A DNA stretch of 63,913 nt, filler included, from Thraustochytrium aureum (taxonomy: Eukaryota): the NCBI GenBank assembly GCA_012862495.1. It is 5 parts of 3 records of this genome, joined end to end, with 100 filler letters (N's around TTAATTAATTAA, not from the genome) between each part and the next. Parts side by side here need not be neighbours in the genome. Positions count along the whole stretch, not along the records: positions 1 to 21,426 come from BLSG01000354.1; 4 more parts are not named here. The stretch is one strand, 5' to 3'. Both the position numbers and the translations under genes were made by a program. How positions within the stretch are numbered: the first letter of the stretch is position 1; every line of letters starts with the position of its first letter. The notes beneath the pieces were generated by a model. The model worked only from the letters and a program-made list of their open reading frames with translations, did no database searches and was not told where the DNA came from. Below, in pieces: positions 1 through 12,080 of this stretch.

Positions 1-40
1 ACAGGCAGGCAGGCAGGCAGGCAGGCAGACAGGCAGGCAG
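1..40 (+). repeat. (GGCA)n tetranucleotide microsatellite upstream of eEF1B-gamma
   Basis: acaggcaggcaggcaggcagg... read directly; related GGCA/GCCT/GGCT tracts occur near 12049-12079, 16176-16219 and 24480-24565. Confidence 0.9.
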
Positions 41-114
41 CGTTGGAGGTTGGCAGGCGAGAGGCCCAGGGCTGGTTTGATTTTTTTTTGGTTGGTTTTC
101 TCGAAATCAAGAGG

Positions 115-1298
115 ATGAAGCTGTTCGCGACCCCGGCGACTTTCATGCGCAGCAGTGCCTGATCGCCGCGCAGTACGCCGGAAAGAGCGTGACCGTGGAC
201 ACCAAGGGCTCGGAGAAGAGCGTTGCGGATGCCGCGATTAAGCGGTTTCCGATTCTCCAGACCGACAAGGGGTGCGTGTCGCAGTCCGGCGCGATCATGA
301 AGTTTCTGGCCGCCGGCAACGCTGCGCTGACCGGCGCGGACGCGTTCCAGACCGCCGAGATCGACAGCTGGATCGCCTTCAGCGCCAGCGAGGTGGAGAC
401 CCCCGCCATGTCGCTGACCTACCCGGTGATTGGCTGGATGGACAGCTACGACGCCGTGAACCAGCGCGCGAGCAAGCTGCTCACCGACGCGCTGACGGTC
501 ATCGAGAACCACCTCAAGATGGAGACGTTCCTGTGCGGCCGCGCCATCACCCTGGCCGACATTGCCCTCGCCACCGCGCTGGTCCTGCCCATGAAGATCT
601 CGCTCGGCGACAAGGAGCGCAAGCCCTTCCCCTGCGTTGTCCGCTGGTTCACCACCTGCGTCAGCCAGCCCGAGTTTGCCAAGGTGCTCGGCCCCGTCAC
701 TCTGCCCAAGAAGGCGACCGTGGCCAAGCCCAAGGAGGAGCCCAAGAAGGAGGAGCCCAAGGCCGCCAAGAAGGAGGCGGCGGCGGAGGAGGAGGAGGCC
801 GCTCCGGCCCCCAAGGCCAAGAACCCGCTTGAGCTCCTGCCCAAGTCGTCGCTCGTCCTCGACTCGTGGAAGCGCCAGTACTCGAACGCCACTGACCTCT
901 ACAAGGGCGCCATGCCCTGGTTCTGGGAGAACCTCGACAAGGAGGGCTACAGCGTCTTCCTCAGCGAGTACAACTACAACGACGAGCTCAAGATCGACTT
1001 TCAGGTGAGCAACCTCGTCGGCGGCTTCATGCAGCGCTGCGATGAGATCCGCAAGTACGCTTTTGGCGTGATGAACATCATCGGCCAGAACGGCGGCCCC
1101 ATGGAGATCCGCGGCTGCTGGCTCATGCGCGGCCCCGACATGAACCCCCTTCTGGAGAGCAACCCGGACGCCGAGTACCACACCTGGACCAAGGTGGTGG
1201 ACTTTACGGACGAGAAGAAGAAGGAGATCGAGGACATGTGGTGCGCCGAGAAGGAGGTTTACGGCAAGCCCATCCTCGACTCGAAGGTCTTCAAGTGA
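115..1298 (+). CDS. EEF1G: Translation elongation factor 1B gamma (GST-N, GST-C, EF1G domains); 1-nt frameshift near 131-135
   Basis: ATG at 115 gives MKLFATP; adding one C in the cccc run continues GDFHAQQCLIAAQYAG into ORF 189..1298; GST-like C-domain ITLADI, K/E-rich linker, EF1G domain WKRQYSN...PWFWE..D.EGYS...NLVGGFMQR...K.FK. Confidence 0.95.
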
Positions 1299-1589
1299 GC
1301 GGGCATATCATAAGTGAGACTGACTGCCCTTTCCGCTCTTGCGTTGTGGGCCCGGGACCGACCTGCCTTGGTGCTCCTCAACGTGCAGTTCATAGTGCAT
1401 GCACGCGCCCTTGCTGGAGCTGGACCCATTGAAAACCCGCCCCTTTCCTTTCCACTTTTTCCGCTTGATTCTTGTCCCGAGGCTTTGATCGAGACCACTG
1501 GTGGTTGGAGCATGCAGGCTTCATCTGGATATCGTCACCTGCTCCACCAAGAGACTGCCTGGCGCAACTATTTCGATCCCTCTTTCAAC

Positions 1590-1790
1590 AAGTTTGTCGC
1601 GGACGTTTCGCGTAAGTAAACACCCAAAAGGCCATTATTTGTCAGGCTCTTTTCCATTTTCAGGCGCTTTGGTTGCCAGTCTGGCTCGTATGGGACGCAC
1701 GCGGCCTCCGTCGCCCGCAGAGCCGACTCGTCAAAAGAAACCCTCTTTAGCGTCCTTTCCGTAGGTCACCCCACAACGCCATGGAACTTC
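1590..1790 (-). repeat. Degenerate interspersed repeat, copy A (homologous to 26590-26820)
   Basis: Shared blocks aaggcc(a/g)ttatt(t/c)gtc(a/g)ggctctt, cagtctgg and agcgtc(c/t)tttccgtaggt(c/a)accc...ccatgg; minus-strand translations PWRCGVTYGKDAKEGF vs PWCCWVTYGKDALEGF. Confidence 0.75.
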
Positions 1791-1931
1791 AACGACGTCC
1801 TTGGCGTCACGGACATCCAAGTCGGCGGTGTCGTCACGTAGCTGCAGAGGCCGGGAAGTGGGATCGTTCATTGAAAAACATTGGCTAACTCTAAGTTGCC
1901 CTACGCTGCCTCTACCCACCCCGCTCTCAAA

Positions 1932-4230
1932 CTACAACTTGCTAAGCATGTCTTCCACTTGGTCCGACTTGCTGCCACCGGCCTCGTCCCCGCTCGCTTC
2001 CGCGGCGCCGGCCCCAGCGCGCAACGGGGCCTCGTCGCTAGCCCTTTGAAGCAAGGCCGAGCCAGTCTCCGGCCAGCCAGCCACAAGAGGCGCGACGCGA
2101 GCCGCCTCGCACGAGTGCGCATGGGCCTGGCCCTTGACGCGAACCGCCGCGAACGGGGCCCGCAAGTGCGACAGCTCTTGGGCCAGCCTTTCCAACTGCA
2201 CCTGCGAGGCAGCACTCTGCCGCACAGACTCCGTGGGAAGCACGGCTAGCACTGGGGCAGTGATCTTGCTGATCACGCGCCGAAACGCCGAAAAGGGCAC
2301 TTCAAGCGCGGGCTTGCGGACTCGGAAGACGCGAGCATCGTCGGTGAGGCGCCACCCATGGGAGCATTTCGCGACGCGGCGCACAGCGAGAGCGCGAGCC
2401 GTGGCGGCGCACTTTGGGAACACCGGGTCACTCTCGAGCCTGCGCTGCAAGGCCTCGACGCTTTCGAAGANNNNNNNNNNNNNNNNNNNNNNNNNNNNNN
2501 NNNNNNNNNNNNNNNNNNNNNNNNNNNNNNNNNNNNNNNNNNNNNNNNNNNNNNNNNNNNNNNNNNNNNNNNNNNNNNNNNNNNNNNNNNNNNNNNNNNN
2601 NNNNNNNNNNNNNNNNNNNNNNNNNNNNNNNNNNNNNNNNNNNNNNNNNNNNNNNNNNNNNNNNNNNNNNNNNNNNNNNNNNNNNNNNNNNNNNNNNNNN
2701 NNNNNNNNNNNNNNNNNNNNNNNNNNNNNNNNNNNNNNNNNNNNNNNNNNNNNNNNNNNNNNNNNNNNNNNNNNNNNNNNNNNNNNNNNNNNNNNNNNNN
2801 NNNNNNNNNNNNNNNNNNNNNNNNNNNNNNNNNNNNNNNNNNNNNNNNNNNNNNNNNNNNNNNNNNNNNNNNNNNNNNNNNNNNNNNNNNNNNNNNNNNN
2901 NNNNNNNNNNNNNNNNNNNNNNNNNNNNNNNNNNNNNNNNNNNNNNNNNNNNNNNNNNNNNNNNNNNNNNNNNNNNNNNNNNNNNNNNNNNNNNNNNNNN
3001 NNNGTAGCGAGCAGCAGCAGCAGCAGCCCCGGCCGAGGCGGAGGGCGAGCCACTGAGGAGGTGGCCGATCGACGCCGCCTCGTAGAGGTCGTTGGCCTCG
3101 GCCCGAAAGTCGCGCGGCAGAGCCGTTCCTGCTCCGCCCGCAGACTCTGAAACCGGCGAGCGTTCTAGCGCCGCCTCGAGCCACGGCAGCAGCGCCGCGG
3201 CCACCTCGTCGGGGATGTCGCCGTGCAGGTGGTGCTTGCCCTTGAGAATGATCGGCGTGAAGTCGCGCAGGGCTGCAAAGCGCGCGCGCATGTCGACTAC
3301 ATAGGCGCGCAAAGCAGCGGGCGGAACGTCGTTCCGCCAAGTAAATTTCTTCGAGTAGGCCTCGACCGCCTCCTCCAGGGGCCGCCCGGGGAGCGTTTCC
3401 ACCAGGCCCGCCTCGGAGCCGAGCACGTTGACGACGGGACAGCGCACGGCGCGCAGAAACTCGAGGTTGGCGTCGGGCGTGATGAAGCGGCTCTGCACTT
3501 GGCCATAAGTCCTCGTGTCGTGCACGAACGTGAACCGCGTGCCGGGGGGCGCCGACGCCATCGACTCGAGCTCCTGGCCCGCCGGGAGGTCGACCGGGTC
3601 GACATGGCGTTCCACGATGGCTTGCGCGACTTGGCGCGATTTGGGGAAAACAGGGTTCTGCCAGTTGTGCTCGACGGCCCTTTCAAACGATTCGAACACT
3701 TTGGGGGGGCGGTCCATGTTTTTCTGGTTGACATTGTACACCTCGCGGAAGGAGCCGAACGCCTTGTCGCCCATCTCGGGCATGTTGCTCACATACGTGC
3801 CGGCCATGCCCATGCCGCTCTCTATGAGCATGGCGGCGCGCACGCGGTGCGGCATTCCGCCCGCCACCGTCACCCCGATGTTGGACCCGCGGCTGTGCGC
3901 GCACAAGATGAACGGCTCGGTCCAGCCGAGGTGATCGGCAATCTCTCCAATCAGCACGCATTCCTCAAAGTCATGGTACCAAGCCGCCTTGCTATGGTGC
4001 TCGCTCCGCCCGCAGCCCGGCGGGTCAATTGCAACAAACAGATAGCCCGCGCGCGCAAAGTACGGCGCCAGCGGCGCCCACGTCCCCGCGTTGTCCAGCC
4101 AGCCGGGGTACGCCAAGATCCTCCTGTCCGGCCGCACCGTCTCGAGGGTCATCCCCTGCGGCACATAGGCCCGAAACGCGATCCGCAGCCCGGCCTGGGC
4201 CACCTCCAGCCCGCCCTCCACGACCTCCAT
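1932..4230 (-). CDS. Serine hydrolase-like (SERHL-type) alpha/beta hydrolase, apparently two tandem domains; spans gap 2471-3003
   Basis: YPGWLDNAGTW, AIDPPGCGRS, nucleophile AHSRG and GKHHLH in domain 1; after the gap a second paralogous segment FESVEALQRRLESDPVFPK (vs FESFERAVEHNWQNPVFPK) ending GQAHAH. Confidence 0.75.
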
Positions 4231-5021
4231 GACGGACTCCGCGCCGCCTCGCGCGCCGCGTTGCGCGAGCGCTCGCTCGCTCGTCCGCCGAACGACGTCC
4301 GTCAGAGCAGCCGCCACTCGTTGCGCGTTGCGCGTCTGCCGTGCCACAAGAAGACAGCCGCAGCCAGCGAGCCCGCTCGCCAACAACGCCGCCTCGGTCT
4401 CGGGACTCCCGGCCCACGCACGATTGCGAACCAACGCGCGCGCGCCGCGCCAGTCAGTCCGCCTTCCGCCGACCGCGCCGTGCCTCGTCACCGACAGTCC
4501 CGGGTGACGTGCGCCGCGGCCGCCGCGCGCGCGAGTCATTCCGACTTCCATCCGCATCCGCCGCGAAGTGCCTCGTCAGCGGGGGGGACCCTGTGACGAG
4601 CTGCTCTGATGAGCGCGCGATCGGAATGAGCAGGAGCAGCGAGCGAGGGAGGGAGGGCGCCTCGAGGGTGCGCAGAGCGGTGTCGCGCGNNNNNNNNNNN
4701 NNNNNNNNNNNNNNNNNNNNNNNNNNNNNNNNNNNNNNNNNNNNNNNNNNNNNNNNNNNNNNNNNNNNNNNNNNNNNNNNNNNNNNNNNNNNNNNNNNNN
4801 NNNNNNNNNNNNNNNNNNNNNNNNNNNNNNNNNNNNNNNNNNNNNNNNNNNNNNNNNNNNNNNNNNNNNNNNNNNNNNNNNNNNNNNNNNNNNNNNNNNN
4901 NNNNNNNNNNNNNNNNNNNNNNNNNNNNNNNNNNNNNNNNNNNNNNNNNNNNNNNNNNNNNNNNNNNNNNNNNNNNNNNNNNNNNNNNNNNNNNNNNNNN
5001 NNNNNNNNNNNNNNNNNNNNN

Positions 5022-6636
5022 GCAGAGCCGTCCCACACGAGGCCAGCGCTCTCGCGCTTGCGCTTTGCTTCCTCGCGGGCGCGCTTGGCTGTCTCCTCGT
5101 CGACGCCGAAGACGTCGGGCCGATGCGCCGCCAGCTTTGAGAGGTTCTTGGCCACGTCCTTCTCTACGAAGGGGACAACCTTTTGCTTTTCGAGGAAGCG
5201 TTGGCGCTGCTCCTTCCACTTTGGGTCGAGCATCTCGACGCGCATGTGCTCGTTGACCTCGTCCACGGCGACGGTGCGGCCGTCGGGGAGCGTCACAGTC
5301 GTCGACTTCTCCTTGCCGGTTGCCACGCGCGCCGTGTAGTCTTTGCGGACCTGGATGTCGTCGCCGTCTTCCTCCTCATCGTCGTCAAAGTCCATGTCCA
5401 CGTCATCCTCGTCCTCGTCCTCGTCCTCGAGCCCTGCTCGGCCTGCTTGGTCTCGGCTCGCTTGCACTTGCTTGTTGCTGTCGCCGTTGCCTACCGGCGA
5501 TAGCGCCGCGCTAGCGGGGCCGTTGGGAGCGGCATAGTCTCCTGGAGCAGCCCCGGGGGCGGCTTGCCCATCATCCAAGTCGATTGTCCCGACCAAGGCA
5601 AAGTCGTGCCAGTCGATTTGGTTGTACGCGATAATCTCCTCCATGCTCTTTTGCTTGTCCTGGCGGTCCGCTTCTTGCTGCTTTCGCTCCCACTCGACCC
5701 GGTGGACGACCCTGTCCAAGATAGTCAAGTGGTCCTTGAACCGCTCCTGGACCTGCCGCACGCTCTCCTCCCAGTCCAGCACCTTGCGATACGCGTCTAC
5801 GAGCGAGGTAAAGTACCGGAACAGCTCGCTGCCTGGGATCAGGAAGCGAAACTCGGGGTTGTGCTGTTCGCGCGTTGCAACCTCGCTAACGAACTGGCGC
5901 CCAAGCACAGCGGCGTACTTTGCGGTTAGCTTAACGAGCTCAATGCTGCGCGCACTAGCTCTGCCAAGAGGGTGGTCCACCAGAAAAAGGAGCGGCGGCG
6001 GCGCGGCGGTGCGCTTCTTCCGCAAGGCCTCGGCGGTTACGTCAAGCTTTGGGGCAGCCATCACCACCTCCGCGGCCCTGTCAGCCGAGCCCTCCTTCGG
6101 GGGGGGTGTCGCCCCAGCGTCCGCGCCTCGTTCGCCGCCTTCTTCAGGCAAAGTCGCTTCCGGTAAAGCTTTCGCTGGGGCGCTGGCGCTGTCGGGCACA
6201 TTTCGTTGGTCAGGTGCGTCAGGGCGCGGCTCCGCAGCCCTTGGCGTCTCGCCATCGGCCTGCGCGCCCGATTCGGGGCCCGGATTGGATCCTTGGCCGT
6301 CTGCGCCTTGCTCTCCAAGTGCTGCTGCAGCGCGAGCTCGTCCACCTTTTCGAGGTAGTACCTGTGGAAAGGGTTGCCGGGGTTGAGAAAGTCAAACTTG
6401 GCCTTGTTGAGCTTCTTGATGCTCTCCTCAAACTTTTTCCCATTCTTCGCCACGTGCTGCGCGGTCTTATCCACCAGCAGCCTCACATCGGGCGGCGGCT
6501 TGATGACGCCCTGCACAGCGCCCTGCACCGCGGTAGTGGTTGGCTTGGGCGGGGCCCCGCTGCCGCCGTCAGGTCTGCTGGCTGCGCCGTCCCCAGCTGC
6601 ACCATCCGGCCCTGCCTCAACCGCTCCACCGCCCAT
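5022..6636 (-). CDS. SF3A1: Splicing factor 3A subunit 1 (Prp21; two SWAP/Surp domains); frameshift near 6300; 3' end probably in gap 4690-5021
   Basis: Surp1 IKPPPDVRLLVDKTAQHVAKNGKKFE...FDFLNPGNPFHRYY; Surp2 LVKLTAKYAA..GRQF...FRYFTSLVDAY; PRP21 motifs IDWHDF..V.TI and EHMRVEMLDPKWKEQR. Confidence 0.92.
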
Positions 6637-7086
6637 CGTCGACCTCGCGCGACTTGGCGCCTCGATCCCGCGCGTCCTCCGCCGCGACGACCGCCGGCCC
6701 CGCGCCTTTCGCGCTCTGCCTACCTGCCTGCCCGCACGCAAAATTGACCCAAGGAAGCTCCGCAGAGCTCATTTTTGNNNNNNNNNNNNNNNNNNNNNNN
6801 NNNNNNNNNNNNNNNNNNNNNNNNNNNNNNNNNNNNNNNNNNNNNNNNNNNNNNNNNNNNNNNNNNNNNNNNNNNNNNNNNNNNNNNNNNNNNNNNNNNN
6901 NNNNNNNNNNNNNNNNNNNNNNNNNNNNNNNNNNNNNNNNNNNNNNNNNNNNNNNNNNNNNNNNNNNNNNNNNNNNNNNNNNNNNNNNNNNNNNNNNNNN
7001 NNNNNNNNNNNNNNNNNNNNNNNNNNNNNNNNNNNNNNNNNNNNNNNNNNNNNNNNNNNNNNNNNNNNNNNNNNNNNNNNNNNNNN

Positions 7087-7346
7087 TTCCCCTTTGAATT
7101 GGCTCGTCCGAGCTCGTTTTGTTCTCCTTTGTTCTTCAGAGCTCTGTTTGTTCATGCATATGAACGGTTCTTTTGCTCCTTTTTCCTTGGAGCTCGTTTT
7201 GTTCATGAAAAAGAACGGCTCGTTTGTCCAGCCATGGTTCCTTGGAGCTCTGTTTGTTCATGAAAACGATTTTGTTCTTTGAAGAACAGTCGGTTTGTTC
7301 TTTTGTCCATTCGGTTCCTTTTCGTACAATTTGTTCTTTTTTCCAG
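7087..7346 (+). repeat. Pyrimidine-rich degenerate repeat (gagctc...tttgttcatg units) upstream of the immunophilin gene
   Basis: About 4 imperfect GAGCTC(T)GTTT(T)GTTC units; tract ends at tttttccAG (7345-7346). Confidence 0.7.
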
Positions 7347-7496
7347 AAGGCCAAAGATACGCTCGAGAAAAACGTGTCGTTCCAGACGTGGACGGACGCG
7401 CGGCGCAGCAGACACCGAACAGCATCGGGACTTCGGGGCGCTCATTAGCAGGAGCGGACGAGTGGCGACTGAGATCTTGTCTGGTGCGAAGCGATC

Positions 7497-9009
7497 ATGT
7501 CTGCGGACGAGGAGAACAAGCCGGTCCCGGCCGACGCTGTCGCCGGCGACGAGGTCGACGTGAGCGGCGATGGCGGCGTGATGAAGAAGGTGCTTCGAGG
7601 CCGGGACCGGGGCCACACCGCAGGCCGGCGACCAGGTCAAAGCGCACTACACCGGCACCCTCGAAGACGGGACCAAGTTCGACAGCAGCCGCGACCGCAA
7701 CTCACCCTTCCAGTTCACGATCGGGCAAGGCCAAGTGATCAAGGGCTGGGACCTCGGCTTTGCCTCGATGAAGGTCGGCGAGAAGGCCATCTTGACCATC
7801 AAGAGCGATTACGGTTATGGCGACTCTGGGTCGCCGCCGAAGATTCCGGGCGGCGCCACGCTCATCTTTGACGTCGAACTCCTCTCGACGGGCCCCAAGC
7901 CCAAAGAAAAGTGGGAGATGAACGCGACCGAGCGCCTCGAGTCTGCCGTCAAAGAGAAGGCCAAGGGCGTCGAAGCCTTCAAAGCGGGCAACATGGAGGA
8001 CGCTGTCGAGAGCTGGAACGAGGCGATCGACTTTATCCAGTACCTGGACGACCCCTCCGAGGAGCAGGCCAAGGAGGCTGACGAGCTCAAGGTCTCGCTG
8101 AACCTCAATCTGGCCCAAGCCAACATCAACCTGAAGGAGTACAAGGAGGCTATCCGGTTTGCGACCGCGGCCCTTGAGACGTCCGCTGACAATGTCAAGG
8201 CGCTGTTCAGGCGCGGAACCGCCCAGCTGCGGCTGGCAAACTTCCGGGAAGCCAAGGAGGACCTGATGAAGGCCTACAACGCGGACCCGAAGAACAAGGC
8301 CGTTCGCGACGAACTCGCCAAGCTCAAGAAGGCGGTGCAGGACGCCAAGGCCAAGGAGAAGAACGTGTTTGGCAACATGTTTTCCAAGGTTGACATCTAC
8401 GACGACAAGCCCAACGTGGTCCCTTCCATCGCCAACGACAAGCACAAGGACGTCGCGCGGTGCTTCTTCGACATCAAGATCGGCTCGGACGAGCCGGAGC
8501 GCGTCGAGCTCGAGGTCTGGAAGGACACCACGCCCAAGACCGCAGAGAACTTTCGCGCGCTCTGCACCGGCGAAAAAGGGTTTGGGTACAAGGGCAGCGG
8601 GTTCCACCGTGTCATCAAGGGCTTCATGATCCAGGGCGGCGACTTCACCAACGGCGACGGCACTGGCGGCAAGTCGATCTACGGCGAAAAGTTCGAGGAC
8701 GAAAACTTCGCCTCCAAGCACACCGAGGCCGGCCTGCTCTCGATGGCCAACGCCGGGCCTGGGACCAACGGGTCGCAGTTTTTCATCACGGCCGCGCCGA
8801 CCCCGCACCTGGACGGCAAGCACGTCGTCTTCGGCCGCGTCACGAAGGGCATGGAGGTCGTCAAGAAGATCGAGAACCTCAAGACCGGCGCAAGCGACCG
8901 CCCGGAGGACGCCGTCACCATCGTCGACTCGGGCGAGCTCATGGAGCAGGACGGCGAAGAGGACCCGGCCAACGCCCCGGAGCCGCCACAGGCCGAGGAA
9001 ACCGCATAG
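7497..9009 (+). CDS. Dual-family immunophilin FKBP-TPR-cyclophilin (FCBP-type); 1-nt frameshift near 7595
   Basis: [44 protein letters not shown]...[10 protein letters not shown]; three TPRs ([21 protein letters not shown]); cyclophilin [17 protein letters not shown]...[15 protein letters not shown]...[16 protein letters not shown]...[10 protein letters not shown]. Confidence 0.95.
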
Positions 9010-10037
9010 GCCGCTGCAGGGCCTCCCTGATGCGGCGGCACGACCGCTCCGGCGCGGGCCTGGGGGCGGCGTTGCATGCCTTTTGACGTACGCGGACCGG
9101 GCCACCTCAGCGCCGCCGCCTACGGTAGACCGTCTGTCGCCTTTTCCAACGCCACGCCTCCCGAAATAGTACTACAAGAATGAAAAGCAACCTGGTCAAC
9201 TGAAGTCGCCTNNNNNNNNNNNNNNNNNNNNNNNNNNNNNNNNNNNNNNNNNNNNNNNNNNNNNNNNNNNNNNNNNNNNNNNNNNNNNNNNNNNNNNNNN
9301 NNNNNNNNNNNNNNNNNNNNNNNNNNNNNNNNNNNNNNNNNNNNNNNNNNNNNNNNNNNNNNNNNNNNNNNNNNNNNNNNNNNNNNNNNNNNNNNNNNNN
9401 NNNNNNNNNNNNNNNNNNNNNNNNNNNNNNNNNNNNNNNNNNNNNNNNNNNNNNNNNNNNNNNNNNNNNNNNNNNNNNNNNNNNNNNNNNNNNNNNNNNN
9501 NNNNNNNNNNNNNNNNNNNNNNNNNNNNNNNNNNNNNNNNNNNNNNNNNNNNNNNNNNNNNNNNNNNNNNNNNNNNNNNNNNNNNNNNNNNNNNNNNNNN
9601 NNNNNNNNNNNNNNNNNNNNNNNNNNNNNNNNNNNNNNNNNNNNNNNNNNNNNNNNNNNNNNNNNNNNNNNNNNNNNNNNNNNNNNNNNNNNNNNNNNNN
9701 NNNNNNNNNNNNNNNNNNNNNNNNNNNNNNNNNNNNNNNNNNNNNNNNNNNNNNNNNNNNNNNNNNNNNNNNNNNNNNNNNNNNNNNNNNNNNNNNNNNN
9801 NNNNNNNNNNNNNNNNNNNNNNNNNNNNNNNNNNNNNNNNNNNNNNNNNNNNNNNNNNNNNNNNNNNNNNNNNNNNNNNNNNNNNNNNNNNNNNNNNNNN
9901 NNNNNNNNNNNNNNNNNNNNNNNNNNNNNNNNNNNNNNNNNNNNNNNNNNNNNNNNNNNNNNNNNNNNNNNNNNNNNNNNNNNNNNNNNNNNNNNNNNNN
10001 NNNNNNNNNNNNNNNNNNNNNNNNNNNNNNNNNNNNN

Positions 10038-11880
10038 NCGCGCTACGTACCGCCTCGTTAACCGTGGGTCGGTGCGGGTCACGCGCGCTCTTGTCCCAAA
10101 GGAAGACGCTGGCGATGTTTTCGTGCGGCATGAAGATGCCCACGTCGTCTTCGATGAGGGCCCGCACAATGTCGGCCACGTTGACGCGACCCAGTGGGCG
10201 GCGCTCGTCGTCGCAGACGAACACGCCATGAATCTTGTAGCGCACGAGCTTGGAGATCACCTCGCGAAGGGGCGTGTCGATGCGGATGTCGACAGCTTGC
10301 TTGCGCTGCTTGGCGAGGTGCTCCTCTGCAAGCGAGTTCGCCTGGTCCAAGAAATCCTTGATGCTGAGCGAATTGAGGTCCAGAAATCCACTCTCTTCCT
10401 CGAGCTCCGTGCGGCACAAAAACCAGCTGTCTACCGCGGTGAGCGAGGCCACCAGGGCCCCTGTCTCGTCGTCCACGATGGGCACAGCGTCGATCCGCAT
10501 GCTGGCCATGATTGTCGTAAAGGCCCTGAACACGCTGTCGCTCAGCTTGAAGACGGTGACGCCGCGCTCGACCGCCAACTCGTTCAGTTCGGTGGACTCA
10601 AAGTATTCCTTCTTGCGCGGCTCGAGCTTGGGCTTGATGAACCGAATGAAAACCTGGTTGATGATTTCGCTCTGGCTGATGATCTTGACCACAGATCCGT
10701 CGTTGTCCTCCACTGGGATGCGCTGGGTGTCCTTGCCGAGCGCTTCGAGCACCTTGCGCATCGGGCTGGCGATGCGCAGCGGCACCCACGGAGCAAGCCG
10801 CCGGTTCTCCTCCCTGTAAAAGATTGAGACCGGCAGGTCGAGCCCGTACCAGTTACTCGACTCTGTCTCGCCCACGGTGACGCCGTGGATCAGGAAGTCA
10901 CCCTTGCGCCTGTGCTTGGCCCCGTGCGAGCGCGAGCGGGACATGTCGCGCAGCTTTAGTGTAAAGTGCATCGCGTCCTGGATGTCAAAGATCCCCAAGT
11001 ACTTTTCCTGGTCTTCGTCCCAGACGGGCGCTGAGAGGACCCCCTTGTCGAGGAGGTAGAACATTGCGTTCCCGATCGAGTCGCGCGCGGAAACTTCGTA
11101 CACTACGGGCTTGCGCGCAAACCCGATCTCCTTGTTGGACGAGACGCTCGTCGATCGCATCAGCTCGAGCGGCGAGTTGGGCCCGGGCGTCGCCCCCGCG
11201 CCGCTGCCCGCGCTTGGCGGCGTGGCGACGTGGGAGCCAAACGAGCCCAAGGCCGAGATCGTGTCTGGGCTGAACAAGCCGGGATCCGCCACGTCTTTCA
11301 GGATGGCGCGCCGCTCGTTGGCCATGATCTGCTCGTAGTCGTCCTTACCCTCGTGCATCACGGTGCTGAGCAGGAACTGTGCAAGCCGGCTGACCACGCG
11401 CTTCTCCTCAGGGTTGTTCGGGGCAGCGCTGCCGTACTTGAACAACGAGGCAGACACGTTGAGCTTTTTCAAGAACGAGTGCCCTTCGACCTCGACCTCC
11501 ACCTCGACGGGCACAAACCCGCTGCGGACTTCAAAGCACTCGAACTTCTCCTGCTCCGCGGCGATGTCCAAGGTGAGGTGCCGCTTGGCAACCTCGGTGT
11601 ATTGGTTGAAAACGCGCAGCCTTACGTCGACTGAGAAGCGGCTCTGCTGGTTGTTGCTGAGCCTGCGCATGATCCCGGTGTTCTGCAGCTTGAGCTTTTC
11701 GAGCACCATGCTACCCTTCTGGTTCAGCGCATACGGGAGCGAGCACACAAAGTAGTAATACCCAGGCTTGTCCACTGCAAAGTAAAACCTCACCTTCTCC
11801 CTCCCGATCCCGCCCCGAATCGACCCGTACGCCTCCTTCCCTTCCTGGAGCTTCCACACGAGCTCCATGGCGTCGCCCAT
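10038..11880 (-). CDS. CBS-domain protein (AMPK-gamma/SDS23-like tandem CBS pairs) with uncharacterised N-terminal region; 3' end in gap
   Basis: Four CBS-like repeats: VLSAPVWD...YLGIFD, QRIPVED.DGSVVKIISQSEI, IDAVPIVDDETGALVASL, IHGVFVCDDERRPLGRVNVADI; start taken at MGDAMEL. Confidence 0.85.
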
Positions 11881-12048
11881 CTCCTCGGCCCGTTCCAGCA
11901 GTCCGCGGCCGCACCTCCACCCGCAGCCGCCAGCCAGGCCGGCCTCGTCCTGGTCACAGAACGCCTCCAAGCCGCAGCCCCCGCAGCGTCCACTACCGCT
12001 GCCGCCGCTGCCGCTGCCGCCGCCGCTGCTGCGGGCGTCGCTCGGTGT

Positions 12049-12080
<32 letters not shown>

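Noticed and set aside
115..140. Frameshifts in EEF1G, SF3A1, FCBP, KRI1, LOX and others read as programmed frameshifting or pseudogenes
   Set aside because: They hit essential genes and those inspected mostly sit in short homopolymer runs; best explained as pyrosequencing-type indel errors
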